From Eutreptiella sp. 'Long Island Sound 2002' (taxonomy: Eukaryota > Protista > Euglenida): DNA of 64,000 bases. The notes beneath the pieces were generated by a model that saw nothing but the letters and a program-made list of their open reading frames with translations, searched no databases and was not told the DNA's origin. Numbering within the stretch: position 1 is the first letter of the stretch; each line of letters begins with the position of its first letter. Shown here piece after piece: positions 11,008 through 24,500 of the stretch. A program made the position numbers and the translations under genes. Location of the stretch: assembly GCA_964036045.1 (NCBI GenBank), contig OZ038378.1, positions 190,154,001-190,218,000 on the forward strand, written 5' to 3'.

Positions 11008-11850
11008 GCAGTCTTGGTCAAACAATGGACATTAAAGGCTCGTACTCACGCCGACGACGATAGAGCCTTAGAGGTGCCACAATTAGGTGAATAACTTCTT
11101 ATTAAGCATACATTTGTTGACACGTATGGATTGCAAACGAGGGGCAGAAACAAAACAAAGAATGCGACACGCACAACCGCAAGGGTTACAGATACATCGT
11201 CACATGCTGCCAAGTTCTGGCTTTGATGTATACAAGAGTGTGTGGCAGAGCATCTGCTTGGTGTAGGCATGAGCAATTCTTCTTGCGCACACCGAAAAAT
11301 TTATGAAGTGGCGCATTGCTGAGTTGGTCAGTTGTTCAAGCGGCTTGATGACGCACCAAAATACTCATGTAACCTCGTGCAGTGCTGCTGGCACCGATGC
11401 AAATGCCCATCAATGCATGCTAGGCAATCTTGTCTGTGCAAGACAACGCAACAAAACACTATGATGATCACGAACACGAATACACCAAATCATAGTGACG
11501 TTTGACAAAATGTTGGGAGTACAGAACACAATACTACAACAATTACATATCCAAATACGATATGAATCTTGCGATGAACGTATCTCAAATTTACAAACAA
11601 TCGCAAATCCTACAAGCGCAATGCATCTGCGACCACTTGCACGCACATGTGCCTGTGACCTCCTGCACATCCTAGGCCATCTAAGATAATGCATCGACTG
11701 TGGCGCAGCGATCCGCCGGAAAATCAGACTTGGGAACACGGGCCATGGCCTCTAATGTACATTTGGGTGTTCCCTTGGACCATTCCTTCAAGGCCATGGC
11801 CCATCTTCTTTCTGTCGGGTTTACCTACAATGTGAGTTGGGTACTGACAC

Positions 11851-12936
11851 GGCATGTAGACGAGATACGTCTAACGGAATAGTAAGAGTATTAAGTCTGG
11901 AACACTCCATATTGTTCCAGAACATGCGAGATTTGTTCCAGAAGACGTGATACATCTACCGGAACAGTGTGATACTTTGCTAGACGTTGTAGAACAGTCT
12001 ATTTTGCTTGAAGGATGTGAAAACCTATACGGGGCGAGTCAAAATCTTGTTTTTAAGAAGTTCCAAATTATTTATAGGGATGCACAGAAGGTGTATGCTC
12101 CAAGAACCACTGCACAGCAACATTGTTTCTTTTTTTCTAGGGCGATACATGAAACGAAATTGAGAGCCAAAAGAACGAATGTTGGTAACCTATGTTAAGC
12201 GACCGGCTGTTTTTTTTTTCTCTTTTGAAAAAAAGTATCGAAAACTTAAACGGCATTTGGAGGCAGTGAATCAAAAAACGATGATACATAGTCATACAAA
12301 CTATTTGCAATCATAGACTGATTGAACTGAATTTAAAAATGTGATATCTTTTTTTAAACAAATGTGGGACCGCTATAAATTTTTTGAAGGTACGAACCGT
12401 TGGAACAGAGAATTGGTCTGAAAGAGTTCAAACATTGTCTCACAAATGACCGCGAGGGATAGAAAGTCCAGACTAGTCTAGTATTTGAAGAAAGAAGAAA
12501 TGATTTAGATAGTGTACAAAAGCTAGTACATAAAAACGGTAGCCCTGCAAGACAGTTGAATAAAGACGTTAAAGATTTCTAAAATGGTATTACAGCAAAG
12601 TTGCTTATGAAATGAAAGGCGAAAGGTAAAAATATGAAAATGTGCAAAACAATTGTGTGGTAGTATACATATATATTATATTATAGATAATATAATAGTA
12701 ATATGTAAGTAATATATAATATAGCATAATGGTGCGTTTAGTGGAATTGTATGTTGCGTCTAACATTTTGCCATAGTGTTGTGACAGATGTATTACGTCT
12801 TTTGGAACAGTATAAACTGTTTTACGGTGTCTAGCAAAGTGTCTTCTAGAACACGTCTCGCGTCTTCTGGAACAGTATGGAGTGTTCCAGACTTAATGGT
12901 CTTATTGTTCCGCTAGAGGTATTTCGTCTACATGCC
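11851..12936. mobile_element. Non-autonomous DNA transposon (MITE-like) with ~100-bp TIRs
   Basis: Left GGCATGTAGACGAGATACGTCTAACGGAATAGTAAGAGTATTAAGTCTGGAACACTCCAT matches the reverse complement of the right end GGCATGTAGACGAAATACCTCTAGCGGAACAATAAGACCATTAAGTCTGGAACACTCCAT. AT-rich, non-coding interior; AC on both flanks. Confidence 0.85.
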
Positions 12937-13756
12937 ACCCCGAAGGAAGGGCGTTGAAGCAAGTGATGTGCAAATCTTGGGTCAAAAGTCGGCGGCAGCC
13001 AAGAGAAATGTAGAGGTATAAATGCGTAAAATCGCGATAATATCGCCGATGTTCAACCACTAGTGCAATGTACATGATATTGGTCCACCTGCTCTGGTGG
13101 CCAAGTTAGTGGTGCACAAGTTGTGAAATGTTTAGAAGACCTGAAGCTCGGGCTAAAGGAGGCTGCTGCAGCTGAGAAGGAAATGGCTTCTTCCTAAAAT
13201 ACGGCGTCCAGTGCCACATCGCTTTCCGCCTCTTGTAGACGCAAGCGTAAGGCGCCTTGATTGCCTTGTTTGTTGGGCAGGTCCACATCTGATGTTTATG
13301 GAGAATCGCTACTCTCAGGATAAGGAGTGTAAACACAAAATGTGAAAATGTCGCTCTTACTTGTTGTGCTTTTTGATTTTGGGCAGGCAGTGCTCAATTA
13401 GGAATGTGTCCCTTTTCCGAGGGAGATGAGTGCTAGATTAGGAATATGATCCATGCCTGCATCACCTAATTAGGAATATCGTCCATGTGCCATATTTAGG
13501 AATATCACAGTATGCAAATCGCGACACGTCTCACTCCTCAGGAGCCTGCCACGCAGGTGACAAGAGGTAGGAGAAAAGGCAAGGGAGACCAACAACACAA
13601 TCGTGAGGAGAGTGGTCCTCACTAGTGGGTTGTGCAGTGTGTGGCTTTCGTGTTCTCCCGGCCACAGCGACAGGCGGCGCGCGCATGCTCGGCCACAGGG
13701 CCAAATTAAAATGAAATTTGAAATTTCCTCCAGTATGCCATACGAGTAGCTAGCCC

Positions 13757-14262
13757 TGTGTGCCGAATAGAAGATCCGCTAATAAGAGACCGGGTTTGTC
13801 TTTGGAGGTCTTGCACGGGGACTTCATGTTTGCAACCGGGTTCCTATTAAGAGACCAAGGTCATCGGAGGAGATGCCAACAACTAAGCATGCAATGCATG
13901 GGCAACAACACAAGAAATATCCACCAACACGAAGCAAGCACATCCGGAGGCAATATGAATCCGGGAGGAAGTGATGGCAACTCGGACTCTATGGAAAGCT
14001 GAGCTTTGGTCCATTGGTCCTTGGGATGGGTAGCCATGGTGAATCTATGTGGGAATGGAGTATTTTGCAAAAGTTTAGCACCACAAATCGAGCACATCAA
14101 CGGATACAATATACATCAATTGACAGAGAATACATCGCTTACTTCAATGTTGCAATCGAACCGGCCAGTTCTTGGATCGGCGACCATGTTCCCAACAAGA
14201 GACCAGGGCCGGCTCAAAACCCCAAAAATGAATAAGAGACCAGGGACTTTTCTTTGGCACAC
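13757..14262. mobile_element. Possible MITE with short TIR (GTGTGCCRAA) and four internal AAGAGACCRGG-like motifs
   Basis: GTGTGCCGAA at ~13758 and TTTGGCACAC at ~14253; motif copies at ~13781, ~13848, ~14196 and ~14231. Confidence 0.4.
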
Positions 14263-14769
14263 TAGAATACGCAAGTAATATGCACGAACGGGGGGGATCG
14301 TTGGAAAAATGACACCCATCTTCATGGCTTAGATACTTCAAGAAATAGCTTAACGTACCACATCCACTGAGCTACAATTTCGAAATCCATGGTTGTAAAA
14401 GGTGTGTTATTTCCATTTGCTTTTCTACAAGGCCACAAAAACCAAAACCCTGGGAAACTTGTGGCTTGTACCCTTTTTGTTACGCAAATTGAGGCAAGCA
14501 TGGTTGACGGAGAAAAGGTGCCGGGGGGTAGGGGCGTAATTTTGTGATTCAAAATTGGATTGTGTTAACACAATAACACAAGGGGAGGGGGCCTAATTTC
14601 AAATTGCCCATAACATAGCGTATTAACACGCCCAAGTTAGTACCTGGTCCATGTGACACTGCACTTTGCCAACTTGAGTGCCTTGCCTTGTGTCGTCATT
14701 TTGAACATATGTCACGCAATTCACAACATCTTTATAACGTGGGCATTTAAATCCACGTGGAATTTGAAC

Positions 14770-15215
14770 TCTTGTTGCTTGGTGTTGTGTTGTGTTATAT
14801 GTGTTATGTGATGTTGTGTTGCGTGTCGTTGTTTTGTGTGGTGCCATGTTGTGTTGTGTTGTCGTGTTGTGTTATGTCGTGTCATGTTGTGTTGTACAGC
14901 ACGTGTTGTGTTGTGTTGCAAGACCTTTGCAACGTTGTTTTGAGCTTTTTTTCTTGTGTTTGTCCATGACTTTTGGAAGCTTCGGGAGGGTCTCCTTCTT
15001 GCGAGTCAAGCGCACGTCCTAGAGCACGTCTTTCACAAGTACGTTGCGGGCCGCAGAATTCTAGCAGACTGGGAACACAACACAACACGCGAACCAACGA
15101 GACACAATACAACACAACACAACACAACACTACGCTACGCTACACAACACAACACAACACAACACGACCACAAAACACACCACACCACACAACAACATAA
15201 CACCGACACAGAAAA
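14770..15215. repeat. Inverted pair of degenerate (TGTTG)n and (CAACA)n microsatellites
   Basis: TGTTG-type array at ~14770-14935 and CAACA-type array at ~15078-15215. Confidence 0.8.
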
Positions 15216-15519
15216 CAGGGCACGAAATGGCTTCATTTTGTTCAAGGACCATGTTCACCATGTTGGCCGTTTTGGGGACGGTACTACGGGGGGGGGGGGA
15301 TTTCGCCCTCCGCCCGGGCCCTTTGTTCGCACAACAACACAAGGGGAGGGAGGGTGCTTTCAAGGTGTCAGCACGTCTAGTTTCCGACGAACAACTAAGT
15401 ATATGAGGATGGGCGCATGGTTTGTGATTAGGCATCGGTGTGTGAAATCAGCTTCTCCCAAGAACTTTTCATAGAGAAGAGTCAAAATCCCACCTTCATC
15501 TTGTTTCGGATGGTTGCAA

Positions 15520-15545
15520 AGTGTTTGTGCTCTTCTCTCAGACAG
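15520..15545 (+). promoter_or_regulatory. Candidate trans-splice (or 5'UTR intron) acceptor of SLU7
   Basis: GTGTTTGTGCTCTTCTCTCAG|ACAG| ends 14 and 10 nt before ATG 15556. Confidence 0.5.
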
Positions 15546-15555
15546 ATCTTCGAAA

Positions 15556-18500
15556 ATGGAAGTCCCGACCCCGGGCACCGATGCCCCGTTAACCGCGCGA
15601 GAGAAGCAGAGGTCGGAGAAGGAGTTGCTTGAAGCGCGAAAGGCCGGAACCATCCCGGCAGAGTTGGATGAAGGTTTGTCCAAGCATTTGGCGAGTGGTA
15701 CGGCAAAGCACGTACGCAGTCCTCTCATGATGCGAAACTCAAACTTCGGGTGAAAATGTCGAGTGTGCGCTCCTCTCGTCTCTCCAGATGGGAAAGAAAT
15801 CAATCCCCATATTCCGCTGTACATGGCCAATGCGCCATGGTATTTGGGTGAGAGAAAACCTGGCTTGAAGCATCAAAAAAGTCAATTCACAAAAGAATAT
15901 GATAAGATGGGCACGTGGTGTGTGACGTGTAGCCTAAGTGTACCCAAAATTCGAAACATGCGCATGATTTTCCCCTTAGCCGGTTATTTACACAATGCAA
16001 TCATGTTTTTTTCTAGCTTCAATTGATGGCGACGTCAGTTTCGTATGCTTTCGTGCAGGTATGCGAGAGGTCAAAAGGCCGGCCCGGCACCCACAAAATT
16101 TCGCAAAGGGGCCTGTGAAAATTGTGGTGCGATGACTCACAAGGCCAAAGATTGCGTTGAAAGGCCACGAAAAACAGGTATGGCGAAAATGCCGCTTCGC
16201 CGAGGAACCCATGCACCGGAATTACATCCGCGTTTAATCGATGTCATACGCACGAACATGCAAACGTGTTTCATTGGGCGGCCAATGACTAAAAGTTCGT
16301 GTCAATTGGGCCCGCTTGACGTGGTGGATTTTGCTTCTTCGCCCCGTCGCATAGCTGCAAAGTATTCGGGCAAAGATCTACAAGCGGATGAGGTGATTGT
16401 GGAATGCAATCTCAACTACTCTGGAAAGCGTGACCGATGGAATGGCTATGACCCTTCTGCGCACAAGAAACATGTTACGGAGTACGAGTTGCAAGAGGCT
16501 GAGAGGAAGGCCGTCAAGGTGTATGATAATTTGTAGCAAGCCCGGTCGCACGCGGTCGACCATGCGCCATCTATCGAAGAAGCCATTTGCTCTGCTTTGC
16601 CATGTGCTCTTCGTAGGCCAAAGAGTTGGAACAAGCAATCAAGACGGGCACAATTTCCTCCGAAGCACTCAACAAAGATGAAGATCTCGAGCAAGAAGTT
16701 ATTGAGGAATCAGAAGAGTATGCCGGGGTTTGCTTGCGTTCTGTACGTAGTCATGGAGACAAGAAGCGGGTGTATCGTTTTTTCAAGTGGGCTTGATTAT
16801 TTCAGTCGGAGGATCCGGCTTGTCGCTTGTTTCACCGTGATGGATCCCCATGCCCCCCGAATGTGCTGGGCGAGCAACGTGTCGAGTGGATGCCCAATCC
16901 TTACCGCCAGACATGAGCTACTGAAGCGCCGCATCATTAGCCAACAACCTCTTGCCCAAGCGTCTTGCCTGTGTCGTACGCTCTTGATTGAGGTATCGCC
17001 GGACTGTATTGATTTTGGTCTGTGAGTTCCATTCCAAGTGTAATGGCCTAGACACCAACGTTGAGTCGTGCTTGGGTGATAAGGGGTGCGCACAGCGGTG
17101 TGCGTTCACGATAGTAGCATATTTGCATGTTGCAAGAAAGTTGGGTCATGGGACGGATGAGGATGGAGACCAAAGTCCAACCCAAGCGTGCTGTTGACAA
17201 GGCCCACCGCGGGTGCGCAAGTTCATGTTCATGGTGTTGGGGGAGGGGGGGGGGATAAGGCCGAGTAAGTGTGTGGTTGGGGCTACAACAATTATCAAAA
17301 ACCTTGCGGCGCTGAACGCACCTGTATTTGCATTGGGCCAATATTGTAGGGCTCGGGGGCAAGCAATTTAGTCCGTGGCTCAAAATCCAATTTCCGGATT
17401 TGCTACCCGGGTCTGCCTTCGAGGTGCAATGAGACCTCCTGTCCAAGCTACGGAGAAATACCAAAATTAATATGGTCCCTCCGCCTACTGTAACTTAGAC
17501 AAGGTCGTGGCTTGCACACAGCACATGGAATGGGAGCTGTTGCAGTGGTGCAAGCAAAGGGTCGGGATCATGCCCACACCCCCTCAAATGAATATTTGTG
17601 GGCACCATTGGGCACACAACAACAATGTCCCTCGGCCCACAAACGTGGCATTATTTGTGTTATGCGGTTGCAGCACACTTGGTACCGAATTACATTAGGT
17701 GCCAAGTGAATACGGTCCGTACGCCCGCTGTAGCTTGGACCAGACCGTAGATTGGACAAGGGAGGGGATGGGGGGGTAGCAACCTTGTTTCCAGCATAGG
17801 CACTTTGGTTTTGAGGAACGCATCTGTGTGTAGACATGATTGTCACATTCCAGGCACAAGATGGCCCGTGGTGCTGGATGTGAGGATGTCCGGACACGAA
17901 CCACAATCCGCAATTTGCGAATTCGCGAGGACACGGCCAAATATCTCCTGAATCTGGACCTCAGTTCGGCTCATTACGATCCAAAGACCCGCAGTATGCG
18001 TGGCAACCCCCACCTTCCGGTATGGGCTTCCTTGTTTGCTTGTATTTTGCTTTGGGTATTCGGGTTGGGTGCGCGGGTGGGTGGGTGGCTGAGCCCTGGC
18101 TGAGGCCCAAAATACCCCCCCCCCCTTCACTTGGGGTCACTAAGCAACGGCCTGGTGGGGAGGGTTAGCCCTAGAGGCAGATGAATGGGCGGGTCTAAAT
18201 GGCTCGGACAATTGCGCTGCTTGATTCCTTGAAACAGATGGTGAAGAGGTGTGAACATTAGGCAAGCGGTGATGGTCGACTTCAGCACCGCTACCCCACA
18301 GTTGTGCATCAACATTGCACAACACCGGGCGCACGGGGGGTGGGGGGGCAGGGACCCCCCCCCCCCTCTACGGACCCCAAAATGGTTGTATGGGTCAATG
18401 GATTATTTTGGCACTGGAGATACTACATACATACATACATACATACATACATACATACATACGGCACGGGGAATTTTTTTGTTTTACCCTATGTGTCTAT

Positions 18501-21500
18501 GCTCAAAATCCTCAGACTTTTGTGGAGAATTCCAAAATGGGTGAAAAACACAAAAAAACTTTGACCGCGACCCCAGCTCCGGGTGGGACCTTGGCTCATG
18601 GGCCTGATCTGAGGGGCAATTTTTTTCTGAAAATTTTTTACCCCAACTGTGTATGTTCAAAATTATCAGCGTGTCATGGGGATCATTTTGAGGTATGTAT
18701 GTTGGGGTACCCCCCTCCCCCTCCCCCCGGGGACCCTGGTGGCTGACCGCCCGACCCTCCTTCCCCCTAGGTTGGGGTCAACGAAGCCCCCCCCCTCCCC
18801 TCATGGGGGGGGGGGAGCCCCCCTACAACCCCTGAAATGGTTCAACACCCTTTGGGGTCCCATCCCACCAGGCAGCCGCCTCCGTGACCGGGCGTTACAT
18901 TCCCAACTACCGAAAGACACAAACCAAACGACCTCGACCAACAAAAGCAGGTCGCACAAAACAAAGCAGTGGACACCGCTTTGTGCCACACAGTCCACTA
19001 ACATTGCTCACCGGCTGTGTGTGTGTTTGTCTGTCTGTGTGTGCGTGCGTGCCTGCGTGCGTGTGTGTTCAGTGTATCTGCTTGGAAAATACCTGTAACA
19101 AAGGTGGTTGTAGATGGACAGAGGAAGGGACAAGAAGTGAATGCACACATGCATCAAGTGAAACATACTACGAGTGAGAAAAAGTACATGCAAGGGATAT
19201 GCACAACAAGTGACAAGATGATCTTGTTTTCTCTTTTGGTGTTGTCCCCTCGAGCCATGTCCAATTGTGCCGTCACGGCCGACGTTTACCCAGTTTGGAT
19301 CTGGGGAGCAGACACTGGACGAGCATACTGCGTGGCGCACATGGCGTGCATGTAGAAACACGCAGACAAACACAGTCATGCTTTTGTCGTGTGAGCAACG
19401 GAAAGTGAGGTTTGGCGTCTGATCCTCTGATCCCTGCAGGCACTGCTCGATGACAGTCTGGGTGTGTACCTCGCTGGGGTTCATTTCTTTGTTTGTGGGC
19501 CGTCCAGCATCTCACTGAAAGGCCCCGTTTTGATTCATTCGCGGTGTGTGCACAATTGAGTCATCTACCAAGGTGTAGGGTCGCCACCCCAATTTTTTTT
19601 TGAGGGTGGGGAATTCGAAAACACAGTTTGTAGAAGCGTTTGAGATTGGTTTGGGTAGGCATCGGTCTCCACAAGGGGTCGGGAAGGGCTAGCAATGGGT
19701 CATGACATCACTGCTGAAAGGATCCTGACCCCAAAAGGACCCCACCTGATTTGCCCCCCAAAAGTGCAATTTCCACACTAATAATGAAGGATAATGAGCA
19801 ATAAACTCGAAATATTTTCTGTTGTGGGTGTGCATGGTGCTCGGAAGGGATTTGTTCAGGGGAAAGCAATCGTTTTGGTACTCTTGTCAGGATCCTGTCA
19901 GCAGTGATGTCATATCCTATTGTTCGCCTTTCCCATCCTTGTTGGGGGATAACACCCGACCCAAAATTTCTAAACCGGGGTTTTTTTTTTAAGTTTCCCA
20001 CCCCCAAAATAGCGGGGAGGGTCCTCCTACACCCAGCGAAACCACACCTGGTGAGCTAAGGTGTCCATACATTACATATTTATTGGTGAATATTTTTCTC
20101 GCTGGTTTGGCGCTGATGGTGCCAGCTAGTGAAAACAGATAAACACCACGTGTTCTACAATGGGTAATAGGTAGTTAGGAAGAGCAGCACTGGTGTAGGT
20201 ATTCGCAGTAGCAGAAGCAGTAGTACGAACAGCAGAGGATTAGGACTCGGAGCAGGAGCAGTAACAGCAAAGCAGCCTCAGTAGGAGCAAGAGCAGCACA
20301 AGCAGCAGCAGCAGCAGGAAGAGGAGGAGGAGGAGGGGGAGAGATATTAGTAGGCAGTAGCAGCAGCAGCATCATCAGCAGCAGGAGGCCGCGGCGTCAG
20401 CGGTAACAGCAGTGGAGGAGGAGGGCGGCGGCAGGGGGAGCAGGCGGCGATGGCAGCCGACGAGGCAGAGGTGGAGGCAAAGGAGGAGGAGATGGCGGAG
20501 GAAGAGGGGGAGGAGGAGGGCATGCCTTTGCATTTGTTGTAGTGGTGGTGGTGGTGGTGGTGGTGGTGGCGGCGGCGGTGGTAGGGCACACCCCTGTGTT
20601 CTTTATTCCGTATGCTGCATTCTGCAACGTCCGACCCAACATCCGCACTGACCGCCGCAGGACCAGCGAGATGACAAGCTCTACCATGGGGACAACGCGT
20701 TGCGCAACAGTGGGAATGCTTTGGATGTGGTGCAGATGCAGGTCTTCTGCTGGGATGCCAACGACAAAGGCACAGAAGTGCATTTACAAGGAGCCCCGTC
20801 ACACGCTGAAGCGATGTACAACAATTTCAAAGGTTTGATTGTCAACAGAAGACGCTGTGGCATTGCCCTCTTTCCTATTCTCGGATGTGTGCCGGTGATC
20901 TTTGGGCACCGGAACCCCTTTGTGACAGTTGATGGTCAGCTGGTGGCATTTCGTGGCATGCGATTCACAAGTGCATTGGTCAACCAAAAGCGTCTAGCGG
21001 TGAGTGTGGCTTTTGCTTTCTGCGCTTTGGTTAAAGAACCAAGTATTTTTCCTTCTGAGGTACACTCTGAACGTGTGCAATGGATCTGAATTCCGCCCTC
21101 AGGTTGTGTGTCCACAAATGTGAGACCAAGCACGTTGCAAAAGCACGTATCATTGCCTACCACACCCAAATTATATGACAAAGCTGCCACAGCACGTTAA
21201 CCAAAATTGGCCCGGTTGTTTGGTAAGGGGGGGCAAAAACAGGCACGGGTGGGGAATGGTAAAAAAAAAAAGATGCCCGGTGCACGTCTGGCGCACTAAC
21301 ACTCCCCGACTTCTCCTCTGCCGTATATTTTTTAAATCGCTTGTTGGGCGTTGGGTTCAGCCTTTGGCCGTTACATACCGGCCAAGACGAAAGGCAGTCT
21401 CGTTACTGTGGCACGTTGGGATGTCAAATTTTCCGCAGCGCCCTCCCCCCCCCCCGTGTTATCAAGACAGCACGTGGTCCAAACCAACAACACGTCGTAG

Positions 21501-24500
21501 GTGCTGTTTCGGTCAAATGTGGAACTACTGGTTTTCCATTTCCATTTTGCTTGCAATCGGCGTACTTGCGTGTTTGCTGCCCCCCCCCCCCCTTCCGTGT
21601 GATGGGATGCATTTGCCGGCCGGGAAACGTGTGTTTCTGCTGTGCCATGTTTACACTCATGCTAGATGCCAACAAGGAGGGGATGACGCTATATGCGGGG
21701 TCAAACTGGGATGTTGGCTGTTCCTTTCGGGTAGGTAAGTAGGATGTGGTCGAGAGCTCCAGTGGCGCTGGTGCAGTGCCATGCTCACACAAGCTTTTGC
21801 AAAGAGGGAGAAGAGCCGGATCTTGAAACGTGGCTCCATGCGAAAAGTGTCTATCAGTAAGTGGCAAGTCACACTCATGCGCAGGGGAGTAAGTTGCATG
21901 CAAAGGTAGCACTGCTCCCCATTTGGGAGCTAATTTTTCAATGGTAGGGTCGGTGAAGGGTAAGTCCTGGACACAATGGAAATCGGCCGTCAATGGTCCG
22001 GTGGTATTTCACCATCATGAACCGGCCGGATGAGAGGTGCGGTCCAGCAGAACGCTGTGACCGCCAATAAAGTATCACTGTCCCATGGGTGAATATTTGC
22101 CCATGTGTGAGGCCGGGCACATGGGCCATCAGCAAGTGCAGGGGTCGTCAGAGTGGGCCTCTCGCACTTGCCAAGTGCTTAGGAAGAGTCGACGTGTTGT
22201 GATTTCTGCTTTTGTATCCTGACAAGTCTCGGAACAGTGACCATACCCTTGTACTTCAGAAAATTTGTGATCCTTTTGGTATGTTATCTGTGCAATACTC
22301 TTGGACCCACAAGGTGGGGCCCAGCTCTTGAGGATCTGCTCTTGGTAAACCTGTTTGCCTGCGCACATTGAACCGCTCTCACAGTGCTTGGTCTGCCCTT
22401 GGCATACTCTCTGACTGGAGGCACTGCGGCATAGTGCTGCTTTGTCCCTCTGCTGTGTATGCGGCTTGTCCTGTCCTGCTGGTGTGTGAAGTCTCGATTC
22501 CCTCTGTGTCTCCGCAGCGCGAAAAAAAACCAGAGTTGCCCAAGCATGACCCTTCTCACCCCAGAGGTCGCTGGCGAAGCGTGCCAAAAGGGAACAACCT
22601 CAGAGTGTACTCGATGCACCCAGGGGGAGGAATAGAGGAGGGTGGGAGTCTGAGAGGAGCATACCCGCAGGCAAGCGCATGAAAACTTCTAAACACAGCA
22701 CACTCAGAAAGAACTTCATTCGAAGAGCCCAAGGTTCCTGCCTGCGGGTTTCGTCGGCTACCCATTTTTGTGAGGGCTCTCATAGCTCGGGTCGTTGCGG
22801 TTGGTTCTGCTTTGTCTCTGTTTGCATGTTATTTTCTCTGTGTGTTGATCAAGAGCAATTGCCTAGTCACAGGGGTGCACATCGCAGTGTGCAACAACAG
22901 TGCGACCACCCCAGGGATCCAATTTGGGGAGACCCGCGGCCGCACGGGTAGCCAAGCTGATCCCTCCGTGTACGAAGTGTTGCTCGTCTGCTTCAGGGCC
23001 CCTACAACGGTGGACCTCAAGGTCAATCTGTACATTAGCCTGCGAGGTGGAGCACAGGGGAGTGGGCCCGTCAACCGCGCCTAACCGTCACAGCAGGGCT
23101 TCCCCCTCCCCCTCCCCCTCCTCTTTTTCCCTCCTCACTTGACCTCCTTACCTCCGCCAGTGCCCACCCCTCCATCTGTACAGCCAAGAAGGAAATGCTG
23201 AAGGCGGATTACAAGAAGCAGCTGCTGGACAAGTACGGGGGTGGCGAGCACTTGGAGAAGGCCCCGCAGGAGCTGCTGTTTGGGCAGTCAGAGGCATACG
23301 TGCAGTACTCCCGAGACGGCAAAGTGGTGAAAGGGGAGGTGCGCTTTGGCCCTTGTGGATGTTGTGCTCAGCTGCCTCTCTCTTGCCTTGTTCCAAAGTC
23401 TCGATTCGTTCCGCTTTCGCCTTTAGACGAGGTCATGTCTGTCTGGGCCTCGTTTGTCGCCTCTGTGTGTGTTGTTCGGATGGGTTGACCGGGCGGCGGC
23501 GGCATGGGGAGCGGGGTAATCACCACCAATTCTTGTCAACGACGGGCAAGCCTTTGCCACCACATCACTGGCATAGAGCCTGCCCCGCAGACTGTAGAGG
23601 GAGACGATGCACTGCGTGCACATTTGTTGCTGGGTCACCCGAGAAAGTCTCTCACGAACATCTTGTCTGTGGTTTTCATTCCGTTGCATTGGTCCCGGGC
23701 ATTCGCAGGAAAAGCAAGTGGCCAAATCCAAGTACGAGGAGGACCTCTACCTGCACAACCACACCTCCGTCTGGGGCTCTTACTGGGAGGCCGGTAAGTG
23801 GGGCTATGAATGCTGTCACCAGTTCGTCAAGAGTTCTTACTGCCTGGGTGCTGCTGGGAAGAATGCCGACAACAACGTCTTGAAACAGATTGAAGCTAAT
23901 GCTGAGAAGGTGAGCAGCGCAGTGCCTGCGCCAGATGTAGGCAACAAACTTGACACCGTGGTCAAGAGGCCATTGGATGGCAGTTGGTGTCAGCTCTCGA
24001 TTTGTGGGTTTCACACGCACGAAGACAGGCTCTTAGTGCATCACAGCCGCGCAACACAAATCAAGCCCATACATGGGATGTCTCCTCTGTCATCCCCCCC
24101 CCCCCCCGTCGCACGGGTCATCTGTTATGGCCAGTGTCGGAGCCCTCCCCCTACCCTGTTTTGTTCACCCTGAAACGTATCCTCTGTCTTTTTTACCATA
24201 CTTGTCTTGTTTGAATTCATTGGTATCCCATTTGATTTGTGTCGTTGTGGATGATTTGAGGTGAAACCAGGCGACATACCGTCCTTGTTGCCGGGGTGTA
24301 TCAATCAAATCACTAATTAAGTGTGGAGGGTGGTTGTAGCCGTAAGCTTCCCGCCATGCGTGCTGTCGTCGTGCAGTCTGCAAGACCATGCATCGGTGGA
24401 GGGGGCGAAGGACCTTGTACGAGTGAACGGATAAGACTGGACAACTCTAGCATCAAATGCAAACAAGAATGAGGCAAATGCTCTGCATTCTGCATCTGGA

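Noticed and set aside
17140-17200. [12 protein letters not shown] acidic stretch as an extra SLU7 exon
   Set aside because: Exon 5 (GA|GTATGC) joins exon 6 (AG|G) in phase without it, and it has no convincing acceptor.
21424-22620. Minus-strand ORF fragments in SLU7 intron 7, and similar ones at 32447-32700, 49890-50480 and 62676-63536, as retroelement or host-gene remnants
   Set aside because: Protein-like in places, but no diagnostic motif or boundary could be identified by eye.
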